Assembly: GCA_965224255.1 (NCBI GenBank)
Contig: CBDCYO010000005.1
Span: 1,107,168-1,171,167, forward strand
From: Dehalococcoidia bacterium
GTDB taxonomy: Bacteria; Chloroflexota; Dehalococcoidia; UBA6926
Length of the DNA stretch: 64,000 bases
Direction: 5' to 3'
The notes beneath the pieces are model-generated. The model searched no databases. It saw nothing but the letters and a program-made list of their open reading frames with translations, and was not told the origin of the DNA. The position numbers and the translations under genes were made by a program. Numbering within the stretch: the first letter of the stretch is position 1; every line of letters begins with the position of its first letter. This document shows, piece after piece, positions 1 to 9,999 of the stretch.

Positions 1-64
1 CGACGGTTCAACGTTTGGCTCACCCCGCCCGATTGCGACGAATGCAACTGCAGCACTGTTTCTG

Positions 65-1600
65 GTGGCGGCATCCGGTCCGGGTGGATCAGCGCTGATC
101 CTATTCGCGGACGAGAGTGGCACAGTCCGCTCAGTGAGCAGGTCTGGTGGCTCCTGGTCTGCTCCCGCTGCGTGGGGACATGGGCTCTCCACCATAGACG
201 GCATCGCCTGCGCCCATATCGATGGTGATTGGGCTGTCGTCGTCTGCGGGACCCTCACGGATGGCTCACCTGGCGTTTGGAGTTGCGTCCGTGACGGAGG
301 CTCATCGGAGTCCGTGGGCACCTGGTCGACGCTGCATGAGGTCATCACATCAGCCGCCGGTGCCAACGTGACGTATCAACAGCCCAGCGTCTGTGCGGCA
401 GACGGTTCCCGCATCAGCTTCGTCGAGGTATACACGGGCGGGGATGGGTACGCGCAGACGTTCATGACGCACACACCCGCCGCTGCCCGCTTTCGCGATC
501 ATCGGTGGCGGGAACCCGCACCGTTCGGGCCAACGTCAGGCGCGGGAGCATCACTCACGGCCGATGCGTCACACGCATGGCTGACGACGCCCTCTGGTGT
601 GTGGCGCGCACGTATTGGCGCCAAGGGCATTGATATATCTGCGTCAGTCATCTATGCCAATGCAGGTGAAACGCAGCGGGGTGGATCTGTGACTCTCCAC
701 CTTGTGGAGGATGCTGCTCTCGCTGCGGCGATCGGTACGAGCTCCGGAATGCTGGGACATGAACTCCGCATCGGGTGGGGCTACGATACCAGCACGGGGC
801 GCGAAGCGGGGACACCACAGCGCTACTGGGTACGTGAGGTTCGAAGGGAAACCCGGCGTGGCAGCCCCATCACTGTGCTGGAAGCGGAAGATGCGTGGTG
901 GTTCATGGCCAACATGCGCGTCCGCAGACAGCTGACCTGGCCCGCCTACACAACATCGGCGTGGAACATCCTTGGCCAGCTGCTCACCATGGTCGGCCTC
1001 TCCGCCATCATCTCCCATTCGAGTCCGGCCATCGTTTCGACGTACCCCGCAATGACGATATCGCCGAACGAGAGTCTTTCCCTTGCGGTAAACAGGCTGA
1101 TGGCGCGTGTGCCGGATCTGCTGCGCTTCTCAGACGGGGCGCTTGAAATCGTACATGCCCAGGAGAACGACGCAGCAGTGTACACGTACGGCGGCACAGG
1201 CGAGCACGCGCTGATTGACACCGTACGCTCATCCACGCTCTCCCGTACGAATCACGTGCAGGTCTACGGTGACAATGCCTTCGGCCAGGCACTCAATGAA
1301 CACGAACTGGAGGCAGTGGGCAACCTGCTTGTTCAGGTGGTTGACCGCTCTCTCACCACGGCCGAAGTGGCAATGACCCGCGCCAAGGCTGAATTGCGGA
1401 CACGAGGTGTTCTGCAGCCCGTTGCCCGCATCGCCGCGCCGGTGAACGCCGGGCTACAACTCCATGATGTCGTGGCACTGACGGCACCATCCGTTGGCTG
1501 GCACAGGGCCCGTCTGCGCGTGGCCGGGCTACGGACACGGTACGATATCAGAGGTGCCCAGGCGGTCTATCGGCAAGACATCGAGCTTGGCGGAGTGTAG
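65..1600 (+). CDS. hypothetical protein, possibly phage-derived (structural/tail-like), no catalytic motif recognised
   Basis: Long uninterrupted ORF in 511-aa frame; followed by small ORF and an ASCH-domain gene as often seen in prophage modules; no motif-level identification. Confidence 0.4.
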   Translation: MAASGPGGSALILFADESGTVRSVSRSGGSWSAPAAWGHGLSTIDGIACAHIDGDWAVVVCGTLTDGSPGVWSCVRDGGSSESVGTWSTLHEVITSAAGANVTYQQPSVCAADGSRISFVEVYTGGDGYAQTFMTHTPAAARFRDHRWREPAPFGPTSGAGASLTADASHAWLTTPSGVWRARIGAKGIDISASVIYANAGETQRGGSVTLHLVEDAALAAAIGTSSGMLGHELRIGWGYDTSTGREAGTPQRYWVREVRRETRRGSPITVLEAEDAWWFMANMRVRRQLTWPAYTTSAWNILGQLLTMVGLSAIISHSSPAIVSTYPAMTISPNESLSLAVNRLMARVPDLLRFSDGALEIVHAQENDAAVYTYGGTGEHALIDTVRSSTLSRTNHVQVYGDNAFGQALNEHELEAVGNLLVQVVDRSLTTAEVAMTRAKAELRTRGVLQPVARIAAPVNAGLQLHDVVALTAPSVGWHRARLRVAGLRTRYDIRGAQAVYRQDIELGGV

Positions 1601-1602
1601 GA

Positions 1603-1818
1603 ATGGAACTGCGTCATGGAACAGTCAGGCGCCTCGATGCCGCATCATTTATCGCCGATGTACAGCTTGATGGCAGCATGCCAACGTGGCTGACGGGCGC
1701 GCGCATCAGCCGGAGCATCGCCGCGGAAGATATGCTGGTCGGCCGCTCATGTATCATCGCCTTTGCGGCGGATCCGTCCGACCCAACGGAGGCAGTCATC
1801 ATCGCGGTGTATACGTAG
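1603..1818 (+). CDS. hypothetical small protein
   Basis: Starts 3 nt after stop of upstream ORF with GGAG ~9 nt upstream of ATG; no recognisable motif. Confidence 0.3.
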   Translation: MELRHGTVRRLDAASFIADVQLDGSMPTWLTGARISRSIAAEDMLVGRSCIIAFAADPSDPTEAVIIAVYT

Positions 1819-1860
1819 GACGCGGAACGTCTCTTCAGTCGCTGACGATAGAGTGATGGC

Positions 1861-2214
1861 ATGATTCTGTTCAAGGAACCAAGCGTGCAATTGATCCTTC
1901 GGGGTGAAAAGTCGCAGGCGCGCAAACTGTGGGCACGGGCACGGGCCAGGGAGGGAGCGGAACACCTCCTCTATCGCCGCCCACCGATGACCGGCGAAAA
2001 GCCGTTTGCACGAATCCTCGTGACACGCGTCTGGAAGCAACGTCTTGGCGAAATGACTGAGGAGGAGGCGCGCGCGGAAGGCTGGCCGGACAAGGTTACG
2101 TGGATCGAGCAGTTCAGCGAAGGCCGTCGGTTCGACCAACCGGTTGATGACGTCGCAGTGTACGCACTGGAGTTTCAGGTTGTCGAGCGGTTCGAGGAGC
2201 CGGCGAGCGCTTAA
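1861..2214 (+). CDS. ASCH domain-containing protein
   Basis: 117-aa ORF MILFKEPSVQLILRGEKSQ... matches the ASC-1 homology (ASCH) beta-barrel pattern (ILFKE...ILxGxKxxE); family common in phage/mobile contexts. Confidence 0.6.
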   Translation: MILFKEPSVQLILRGEKSQARKLWARARAREGAEHLLYRRPPMTGEKPFARILVTRVWKQRLGEMTEEEARAEGWPDKVTWIEQFSEGRRFDQPVDDVAVYALEFQVVERFEEPASA

Positions 2215-2972
2215 TGCGCCTTACGACGCCTGCGCCTGCTGACAACATAGCCGGCGGCAACGCCGATGACGGGCGCTCCCGTCAAAAACATCAGTGAACC
2301 GACAACCAGCCAGTGAACATACTCATATCCGAAGATCATCATCGTCCCTGAGCCTCATCTCGACAGGCGCGCACCTCTCCGGTTCGATGGGGCATTTGCC
2401 TGCCGCTTTCCTTCCGATTGTCGTCCCGTGCCTTCGTTTTCCTTCAGACAGAGTAGCGTACCGGCGACGACTGTATCGAATATACGGCGGGCTACATGCT
2501 GCCCGGGTCCTCTGCGCCTGATCTGCCCGCGGATTTACAGCAAGCCGCTACCGTATTGGCGCGTGGCATATACCTACGGCGCCTCACGCTCTCCGGACGT
2601 GGCCAGTGAGTCGCTGGTAGGCGTGACGGACGTGTCCTATGACTTCACGGGCAGTGCGTCCGATGATACCGCCATGCCGCCCCGTGTGCGTTCGATGCGT
2701 GACCGCTACAGAGCAATAGGAGTGTGAGAGATGACGCATATTTTGACGACTAGGTTGGGTGCGACTCTGTGCGGACTGGCCAACACGCCAGAGCGCCAGG
2801 CAAACGGTGCGACGTACTTGAGTTTCAAGGGGTACGCGTCGTTGCTCACGGTACCCGACGGGATCCTGCTACTGAACGTCGTCGGGACCGTGAACACGCT
2901 TACAGCACTACGTCGAATGCTCACAGCATAGCGAGACGGCACCGTAGCGCGTCCGTCTCTCAACGTGTTTGA

Positions 2973-3188
2973 CTACTCGGAAGGTGCGTCAGCGTCCGCT
3001 GTGTCGTCCGCCCGCCTGACGATTGTGCGAATCGTCCACCCTATGCCACATCCGAACAGCACAAGGGCGAGAATCGCAAGGGGCTCAGGCTGTGTGAGCT
3101 GCGCAGCTGTCCATCCGATACCGCATCCGAGAAGTACTAGGGCGAGAATCGCAAGGGCGTAGCGGGCTCTAGCTGCAAGAGTGGACAT
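2973..3188 (-). CDS. small membrane protein with internal ~60-bp sequence duplication
   Basis: 71-aa ORF with duplicated hydrophobic segment ALAILALVLLGCGIGWTAAQ / LAILALVLFGCGIGWTIRT; DNA shows an imperfect tandem duplication 3040-3160. Confidence 0.35.
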   Translation of the reverse strand: MSTLAARARYALAILALVLLGCGIGWTAAQLTQPEPLAILALVLFGCGIGWTIRTIVRRADDTADADAPSE

Positions 3189-3189
3189 G

Positions 3190-3402
3190 CTATTCGGAAG
3201 GTGCGTTAGACGTGGGTGTGAGCGAAGCCCAGTAGTCCGCCCATTCAGCTACGGCTGTGGCATTTCCAGCTTCGATTGTGGCATTCGCCGTCGGTACGCT
3301 CACCACTTCAGTCACGTCCAGATTCATCAGTACACTCGCCACTATCAGCACCGTCATAGTCCAAAGCATCAAATCCGCAATAGACGGACGCGGTCGTTCC
3401 AA
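3190..3402 (-). CDS. hypothetical small protein
   Basis: 70-aa ORF, hydrophobic stretch TVLIVASVLM; weak. Confidence 0.25.
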   Translation of the reverse strand: MERPRPSIADLMLWTMTVLIVASVLMNLDVTEVVSVPTANATIEAGNATAVAEWADYWASLTPTSNAPSE

Positions 3403-3425
3403 AGAACAGTCTCCAGCTTGACATC

Positions 3426-3818
3426 CTACCTCTTGACGACTGTGAACCCTTTATGAAAGACGTGGTGAACTCCTAGCTCCTCTAGCTTAGCCTTCAGTCT
3501 AGCATTCGAGGCAATCGCACGCTCTGCCTGCATGGCCTCACGCTGAACGGTGAGCATGTTGGCCAACACGTCCATTGTGTGAAGCAAGCCGTCCATCTCG
3601 CGCTCTGTCTCTACGTCGTCTCCGAAGTCCATAGCGTGAAGCCCGATCCGAATCGCGTTCGTCCGGTGAGAAACCTCGACCATCGCTTCGTTCCGTAGGT
3701 AGTCGTCAAAGTCCACCACGACCGCCCGGAACCCCTTCGTTTTGGGCAGGCATGAACAAAGCGGAAACGCGCATGACATGACCATGAAGTAAATCGTCAT
3801 GGCAATTTTGGAACACAT
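3426..3818 (-). CDS. hypothetical protein
   Basis: 130-aa ORF divergent from comM-like gene on a locally AT-richer stretch; C-terminal half looks protein-like (helical, charged); no motif. Confidence 0.3.
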   Translation of the reverse strand: MCSKIAMTIYFMVMSCAFPLCSCLPKTKGFRAVVVDFDDYLRNEAMVEVSHRTNAIRIGLHAMDFGDDVETEREMDGLLHTMDVLANMLTVQREAMQAERAIASNARLKAKLEELGVHHVFHKGFTVVKR

Positions 3819-3901
3819 GTTGCAAACTCATTCACGTCATGGTAGGGTGCACAGAACGCGCGTTCTTTATCGTGTTGCAGCAACGCGCCGGAAGGAGAAG
3901 A

Positions 3902-5449
3902 ATGATGGCTCTTGCACACGTACGCAGTTGCGCAGTGGTCGGTCTTGAAGGCTCCATCGTGGAGGTGGAGGTGGACATCGCCCCCGGGCTACCGGCGTTC
4001 ACAATTGTCGGACTGCCTGACACAGCCGTTCAGGAGGCGCGGGAGCGTGTTCGTGCCGCGGTCAGGAACTCCGGCTTTGAGTTCCCGCAGCGGCGGATTA
4101 CCGTTTCCCTTGCACCGGCTGATCTCAAGAAGAACGGCACATCGTACGATTTGCCCATCGCAGCTGGCATTCTGATCGGATCCGGGCAGGCGGGCGCGGA
4201 ATTCTCGCTTGACGCTGCCGCCTTTTTCGGCGAGCTCTCACTGGAGGGGCAGGTGCGGCACACGCAGGGCGTGCTCCCGATGGCGGCGCTTGCCCGGGAA
4301 GGTGGATTAACGCAGATCATCGTTCCCGCCGTTGATGCGCCGGAGGCGGCGCTCGTTGACGGTATTGAGGTTCTGCCGGTGAGTAACCTCCGTGAGATGG
4401 TTGAGCACATCAGTGGGGAGCAGGCATGTCGGCCGTTCTACCAGACTGAGCCGCCACAGGAACCGCGTGGGGCAATTGCAGACGGGTTCGATATGTCGCT
4501 CGTACGGGGGCAAGAGAACGTGAAGCGCGCGATGGAGGTTGCGGCGGCAGGTGGCCATAACCTGGTGATGATGGGACCGCCAGGTAGCGGCAAAACCCTC
4601 CTGGCCCGGAGCTTACCCACCATCCTGCCAACCATGACGCGTGAGGAATCGCTGGACGTCACAAAGATCTACAGCGTCGCGGGGCTGCTCCCACCGGAAA
4701 GGCCGCTCATCTCCGCACGTCCCTTCCGCGCACCACATTACACGGTCTCCAACGCGGGCCTGGTTGGCGGCGGGCAGTGGCCGCGGCCCGGAGAAATCAC
4801 GCTCTCCCATCGGGGAGTTCTGTTCTTGGACGAGATGCCGGAGTTCGGCCATCACATCCTGGAGGTGCTCCGACAGCCACTGGAAGATAAGGCCGTGACC
4901 ATCAGCCGGGCGCAGGGTTCAATCACTTTCCCGGCCAATTTCATGCTCGTCGGCGCAATGAATCCCTGCCCGTGCGGTTTCTACGGTGACGTTATCAAGG
5001 CGTGCTCGTGTACCCCAACGACCATCGATCGATATCAGCGTCGTATCAGCGGACCGTTGCTTGACCGCATCGACATCTTCGTAGACGTGCCGCGCGTCGA
5101 GTACGAGAAGTTGACCGATGAGCACGCCGGGGAGACGTCCGCCGTCGTGAGAAATCGCGTGGGAGAGGCGCGAAGTCGCCAACGGGCGCGCTTCGGCGGC
5201 TCATCCGGTGTGATGACCAATGCAGACATGGGCCCAATCGAGATTCGGGAGTTCTGCGCACTCGATGACGCGTCACACGGGTTGCTCCGCGCAGCGATGC
5301 AGCAGTTGCACCTGAGCGCACGCGGCTTTCATCGTATTCTCAAGCTGGCGCGAACGATTGCAGACCTTGCAGAAGAGCCGACAATCACATCCCGGCACCT
5401 GAGCGAGGCGTTGCAATATCGCCCGCGAGAGCTTGGGGCGGCTGCCTAG
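3902..5449 (+). CDS. comM: YifB/ComM family Mg-chelatase-like AAA+ ATPase
   Basis: MMALAHVRSCAVVGLEGSIVEVEVDI...GLPDTAVQEARERVRAAV (N-terminal Lon-like/ChlI domain), Walker A GPPGSGKT, Walker B VLFLDEMPEF, C-terminal Zn-ribbon CPCGFYGD...CSC; start taken at second Met (ORF opens at 3839). Confidence 0.85.
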   Translation: MMALAHVRSCAVVGLEGSIVEVEVDIAPGLPAFTIVGLPDTAVQEARERVRAAVRNSGFEFPQRRITVSLAPADLKKNGTSYDLPIAAGILIGSGQAGAEFSLDAAAFFGELSLEGQVRHTQGVLPMAALAREGGLTQIIVPAVDAPEAALVDGIEVLPVSNLREMVEHISGEQACRPFYQTEPPQEPRGAIADGFDMSLVRGQENVKRAMEVAAAGGHNLVMMGPPGSGKTLLARSLPTILPTMTREESLDVTKIYSVAGLLPPERPLISARPFRAPHYTVSNAGLVGGGQWPRPGEITLSHRGVLFLDEMPEFGHHILEVLRQPLEDKAVTISRAQGSITFPANFMLVGAMNPCPCGFYGDVIKACSCTPTTIDRYQRRISGPLLDRIDIFVDVPRVEYEKLTDEHAGETSAVVRNRVGEARSRQRARFGGSSGVMTNADMGPIEIREFCALDDASHGLLRAAMQQLHLSARGFHRILKLARTIADLAEEPTITSRHLSEALQYRPRELGAAA

Positions 5450-5576
5450 AAACGTGAGCTTGACCGCACACCAGAGAAATTCGTAGGATAGCAGCATGGA
5501 AGTCCGTGCATTGTACCCATACGGTGCAGCCCATCCACTTCAGGCCGCGTACATGCCCGTGTAAGGCGAAGCACAC

Positions 5577-6236
5577 ATGACGAGCAGCAACGGAACGACT
5601 CTCACGCTTACGGGTGAACCCCGGGAGGCGTTGGGGCGCCACGTCAAGGCGCTCCGCCGGGAGGGGATCACGCCTGCCAATCTCTACGGACGCGGCGCGG
5701 AGTCAGTTAGTTTTCAGACATCGACGCGGGAACTCGCGAAGCTTGCTACGGACGGGGGGCGCGGGTCTCTCGTTGCACTGACCATCGGCGAGCAAACACA
5801 TCACGCCCTAATGCGCAAGCTGCAGCGCCATCCCGTGACCCGCGCCATCCTGCATGCCGATTTCTACATTGTTGAGATGAACCGCTCCGTGCAGACGACC
5901 GTGCCTGTACACGTCATCGGCAGCGCGCCCGCAGCGCGCCTGCCCGGAGCAGTCGTTACACACCTGACACACGAAGTCATGGTTGAGTGCCTGCCGACGC
6001 ATATCCCCACCGCCATCGAGGTGGACGTCTCTACCCTCGAAGAGTTGGAGACGTCAATCCATATCTCTGACATCGTGGCGCCAGAAGGCGTGGCTATTTT
6101 GACCGACGGCGAAACGATCGTCGTTCGTGCCACGCACTCCCGCGTCTCTGCTGCCATGGCGGCCGAGGACGAGGCGGATGAGGCGGCTGCAGCAGCGGCG
6201 GAGTCCCCAGCCACGGAGCCCGTAGACTCAGACTAA
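5577..6236 (+). CDS. rplY: 50S ribosomal protein L25 / general stress protein Ctc
   Basis: N-terminal LTGEPREALGRHVKALRREGITPANLYGRG and RAILHADFY...VPVHVIG pattern of L25/Ctc with acidic C-terminal extension. Confidence 0.8.
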   Translation: MTSSNGTTLTLTGEPREALGRHVKALRREGITPANLYGRGAESVSFQTSTRELAKLATDGGRGSLVALTIGEQTHHALMRKLQRHPVTRAILHADFYIVEMNRSVQTTVPVHVIGSAPAARLPGAVVTHLTHEVMVECLPTHIPTAIEVDVSTLEELETSIHISDIVAPEGVAILTDGETIVVRATHSRVSAAMAAEDEADEAAAAAAESPATEPVDSD

Positions 6237-6282
6237 GGGCCCTTGCACATACCCTGGCAAGTCGCGCTCTGTCATTCCGGTG

Positions 6283-6375
6283 CGCACCTCTGTCATTCTG
6301 AGCGCAGCGAAGAATCTACGTCCCCATTGCCGCAAACACCGAGGAGCGCAGACAGGCCTGGACTCTTCGCTCCCG
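6283..6375. repeat. MITE/REP-like element core (orientation B): tgtcattctgagcgcagcgaagaatctacgtccccattgccgcaa...
   Basis: Same hairpin core as the other eight MITE sites in this window (listed separately below); sits inside the 5' part of the annotated helicase ORF, so the helicase start is probably downstream. Confidence 0.7.
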
Positions 6376-6404
6376 TACTTGAACAAGTGTGTCACTATGT
6401 CCAC

Positions 6405-8891
6405 ATGAGTAACGAGATGATGGAAGATCGCACGCCGACCACCCAAACCGTCATCGACCGGTTGCAAGCTCGTGAGGGTTACGCGGAACAGATCGTTCAC
6501 ATTGAGCACATGCCTCATAGTTCCGCGGCCTTTGGCTCCACACGGACGCCGATAAACCGCCTTCTGCGACACGCACTGGAAATCCATGGAATCGACCGAT
6601 TGTACTCGCATCAGGCTGAGGCCATCGATGCCCTCACTGAGGGCCACAACATCGTCGTCGCCACCACAACCGCGTCCGGCAAGAGTCTCTGCTATAACGT
6701 GCCAATCCTGCATTCATACATGGAATCTGGCGCGTCGCCGCGTGGCGCAACCGCACTCTACCTCTTCCCCACCAAGGCTCTGGCGCAGGACCAACTTCGC
6801 GCACTGAAAGACCTGACACGCCCTCTCCCCAAACCACCCGTGACGGCCACGTACGACGGTGATACTCCGTATCAAAAGCGCGCCGCCATCCGCAAGTCTG
6901 TCCAGCTGCTACTCACGAATCCAGACATGGTGCACACGGGCATCCTCCCAAACCACAGGCTGTGGGCGCGATTCCTGCGCAATCTTCGTTTTATTGTCAT
7001 TGATGAAGGTCACGTCTATCGCGGCGTATTCGGCTCTCACGTGGCGCTGCTCATTCGGCGTCTCCTGCGTCTCTGTCGCAAATACGGCTCCGCACCGCAG
7101 CTCATTGTGACGACAGCGACCTTGGGCAATCCCAAGGAGCACGCAGAGGCGTTGACAGGCCTGGACGTGCTGGCGATCACGGAGGATGGCGCGCCAAGCG
7201 CGGGGCGGGAATTCGTCATCTGGAACCCGCCAGTCATCGAGGATGGCAGGAATCCCCCCACGACGAAGAATTCCGCGCGGCTACGGCGACGCGGAACCAT
7301 CGGGGAGGGAACGGAGCTCTTTGCACAGCTTGTTCACTGGGGAAAACGCACACTCGCATTCGTCCGCTCACGTTCCGCGGCTGAGTTGATGTATCGATAC
7401 GCGGAAGAGCGGATCGGCATTGCTCACGACGATCGAGCGGTCGCTGCGGGAAGTCATAGCGAGACGGATACGGTTGTGGCGGCAGGCGTGCCAGGGCGAG
7501 GACGCAGTCCGGTTAGTTCGTACCGAGCCGGCTACATGCCGGAAGAGCGCCGTGAAATTGAGGTGAAACTCGCAAGTGGCGAACTGACTGGCGTGGTCAC
7601 GACAAACGCCCTCGAGCTGGGCATCGACATCGGCCACCTGGATGTGACGCTGCTGAACGGCTACCCCGGGTCCCTGTCGGCCACATTTCAGCAGGCGGGC
7701 CGATCCGGTCGGCGTACGGATCGCGGGCTATCAATCATGGTGTTGAACGACAATCCGCTTGATCAGTACTTGGGCAAACACCCGGATATCCTGTTTCGGC
7801 GTGGAATGGAGCACGCCCGCATCTCCACCACCAATCCCCGCATTCTTGATCCTCACGTCATATGCGCAGCCTTTGAGGCTCCTCTCGGCTCAATCCCAGG
7901 GGACATCGACATGTTCGGCGGGGACGATGTGGCGTCCGAGGCCCTTGAACGTCTTGCAGAGGCAGGATTATTGACCAGGAGGCTGCACGGAGATTCAGTG
8001 TTGTGGCACCTGCACCCGAAGGCTGGTGGGCATCCCGCCGGGGACATCAACCTGCGCGCCACGTCCGGCGCACGCTATACCCTCGTCAATGAGGCAACGG
8101 GACTGATACTGGAGGAGGTTGATGAACCACATGCTTTCATGAATGCCCACCCTCATGCTGTGTACCTGCATCGTGGCGAAGAGTTTGAAGTCACGGCCAT
8201 GAATTCTGAAGAGCAGCGGATCATGCTGAAGCGTGTCCCCAGCCCCTTCTACACCGTCTCGACGGCGCACACTGAACTATCGATCACTGGAGAACGACAA
8301 CACACGGAAGGGCGTGGCGCCCGCATCGCGCTGGGCGAAGTGGAAATAACGCGGACGATGAATGAGATGACCCGTCTGCGTCACTATTCCAATGAGGAGT
8401 ATCGGAACCCAACAGACGCGAATCACCCACCACGCGAGCCCATTGACCTGCCTCCGCGCAGCTTCAACACCGTCGCCCTCTGGTGGACTGTGCAGAGCGA
8501 TATGATTGACGCGCTCACTTGCCAAGGAGTCAGTGTTGTCGGCGCGCTCCACGCCCTCGAACATGCCTGTATCAGCCTATTGCCGCTGTTCGCACTATGC
8601 GACCGCGCGGACATCGGCGGTATTTCGACAGACCATCACCCGGACACAGGTGAGGCAACAATCTTCATCTACGATGGCTCGCCGGGTGGCGTCGGAATCG
8701 CTGAGCGCGGGTATGAGGTCATCCGGGACCTCTGGGAGGCAACCCTCGCCATGCTCGGCGAATGCCCCTGCACGGAGGGCTGCCCATCATGCGTGCAGTC
8801 ACCCAAGTGCGGGAACAACAATGAACCACTGGACAAACGTGGAGCGCGCCTGCTGGTCCAAGGCATACTGGACGACAACCCGCGCCCGTGA
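6405..8891 (+). CDS. MrfA/SftH-like DEAD/DEAH-box helicase with C-terminal DUF1998 (Zn-binding) domain
   Basis: Helicase motif I VATTTASGKSL, motif II FIVIDEGHVY, motif VI QQAGRSGRR; C-terminal cysteine cluster CPCTEGCPSCVQSPKCGNNNE typical of DUF1998/MrfA_Zn; start trimmed to Met after the MITE core (ORF opens at 6243). Confidence 0.8.
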   Translation: MSNEMMEDRTPTTQTVIDRLQAREGYAEQIVHIEHMPHSSAAFGSTRTPINRLLRHALEIHGIDRLYSHQAEAIDALTEGHNIVVATTTASGKSLCYNVPILHSYMESGASPRGATALYLFPTKALAQDQLRALKDLTRPLPKPPVTATYDGDTPYQKRAAIRKSVQLLLTNPDMVHTGILPNHRLWARFLRNLRFIVIDEGHVYRGVFGSHVALLIRRLLRLCRKYGSAPQLIVTTATLGNPKEHAEALTGLDVLAITEDGAPSAGREFVIWNPPVIEDGRNPPTTKNSARLRRRGTIGEGTELFAQLVHWGKRTLAFVRSRSAAELMYRYAEERIGIAHDDRAVAAGSHSETDTVVAAGVPGRGRSPVSSYRAGYMPEERREIEVKLASGELTGVVTTNALELGIDIGHLDVTLLNGYPGSLSATFQQAGRSGRRTDRGLSIMVLNDNPLDQYLGKHPDILFRRGMEHARISTTNPRILDPHVICAAFEAPLGSIPGDIDMFGGDDVASEALERLAEAGLLTRRLHGDSVLWHLHPKAGGHPAGDINLRATSGARYTLVNEATGLILEEVDEPHAFMNAHPHAVYLHRGEEFEVTAMNSEEQRIMLKRVPSPFYTVSTAHTELSITGERQHTEGRGARIALGEVEITRTMNEMTRLRHYSNEEYRNPTDANHPPREPIDLPPRSFNTVALWWTVQSDMIDALTCQGVSVVGALHALEHACISLLPLFALCDRADIGGISTDHHPDTGEATIFIYDGSPGGVGIAERGYEVIRDLWEATLAMLGECPCTEGCPSCVQSPKCGNNNEPLDKRGARLLVQGILDDNPRP

Positions 8892-8899
8892 GGGGGCCG

Positions 8900-9140
8900 T
8901 ATCACTCTGAAACGCAGCGTTAGCGACCCCTATGTCATTCTGAACGAAGCGTGCCCTCGCATGTCATTCTGAACGGAACGTGACCCCACCATGTCATTCT
9001 GAACGGAACGGAGTGAAGTGAAGAATCTAACGCGCCTCTGCCGCAGTGGGGACATGGATTCTTCGTTGTGCTCAGAATGACAGGGAGCGCTCAGAATGAC
9101 GGGGAGCGCTCAGAATGACAGGGAGGGTGGCTCAGAATGG
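8900..9140. repeat. MITE/REP-like modular palindromic element (3 left arms catgtcattctgaacgNaacg, hairpin core gtgaagaatctaacgcgcctctgccgcagtggggacatggattcttcg, 4 right arms gcgctcagaatgacagggag)
   Basis: Direct reading of tandem arm repeats and the inverted repeat gaagaatc/gattcttc in the core. Confidence 0.8.
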
Positions 9141-9828
9141 CAGAGTGGCGGCTGGTGATGTGCACGGAGGGGTAATCATTCAAACGCGCCCGGTCCAGAT
9201 TAGTTCCTCGGACGGCATCGCCCTGGAAGGACAGCTTGACCTGCCTGATGGGTCCACACCACCAACCGCCGGCGTCGTCGTCTGTCATCCACATTCCCAG
9301 TACGGAGGTGAGATGACAAATAACGTTGTGACCGCAATAGCCTCCGCCATTGTCACGCACGACTTTGCGGCACTGCGGTTCAACTTCCGTGGCGTGGGCC
9401 GCAGCACCGGCACGTACGGAAACGGCATCGGTGAACAGGACGACGCGCTTGCGGCGCTGGGCGCGTTGAAGAACGCGGCGGGTGTTGGGCGTGTCGCACT
9501 AGCGGGCTATTCATTTGGCGGTGGTGTTGCCCTGAGGGCCGCAGGTCGAGTGGGTAGCCTTGCTGCGTTGGCGCTCATCTCACCCGCGATAAGTGATGAC
9601 CAGGAGCAGGACGCCTACGCCGCGCTAGTGATGCCCAAGCTCATCGCAACCGGCGAGGCAGACGACTATGCGAGTATCGAGCGTGTACGGGATCTAGCGG
9701 CCATCCTGCCGGGCGTGACGGAACTCTACATCTCGCCGCAGACCGATCATTTCTGGTGGGGTGAAGAGGACAACCTCGCCCGTCGTGTCGGAGAGTTCCT
9801 GGCCTCGGCGTTTCGTCGAGGTGCGTAG
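9115..9828 (+). CDS. alpha/beta hydrolase fold protein (start uncertain, N-terminus overlaps MITE arm)
   Basis: VVCHPHSQYGG...LAGYSFGGGVALRAA (GxSxG nucleophile elbow) ...PQTDHFW; alternative GTG starts at 9145/9160. Confidence 0.65.
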   Translation: MTGRVAQNGRVAAGDVHGGVIIQTRPVQISSSDGIALEGQLDLPDGSTPPTAGVVVCHPHSQYGGEMTNNVVTAIASAIVTHDFAALRFNFRGVGRSTGTYGNGIGEQDDALAALGALKNAAGVGRVALAGYSFGGGVALRAAGRVGSLAALALISPAISDDQEQDAYAALVMPKLIATGEADDYASIERVRDLAAILPGVTELYISPQTDHFWWGEEDNLARRVGEFLASAFRRGA

Positions 9829-9999
9829 CGATGACAGGAAACCCGAGCCCGAGCAGAAGCGCGCTGAACTCACGGAGGATGAGTGAATGCTGCAGGCACA
9901 TCCAGATGTTACGCGGCTTGATGAGGAACTTGGCAGCGCGCTGGCAGCGCGCCCCGTTCTGCGTCAAGGCTTGGCACCGCTTTTTTGGAACAGCCATCG

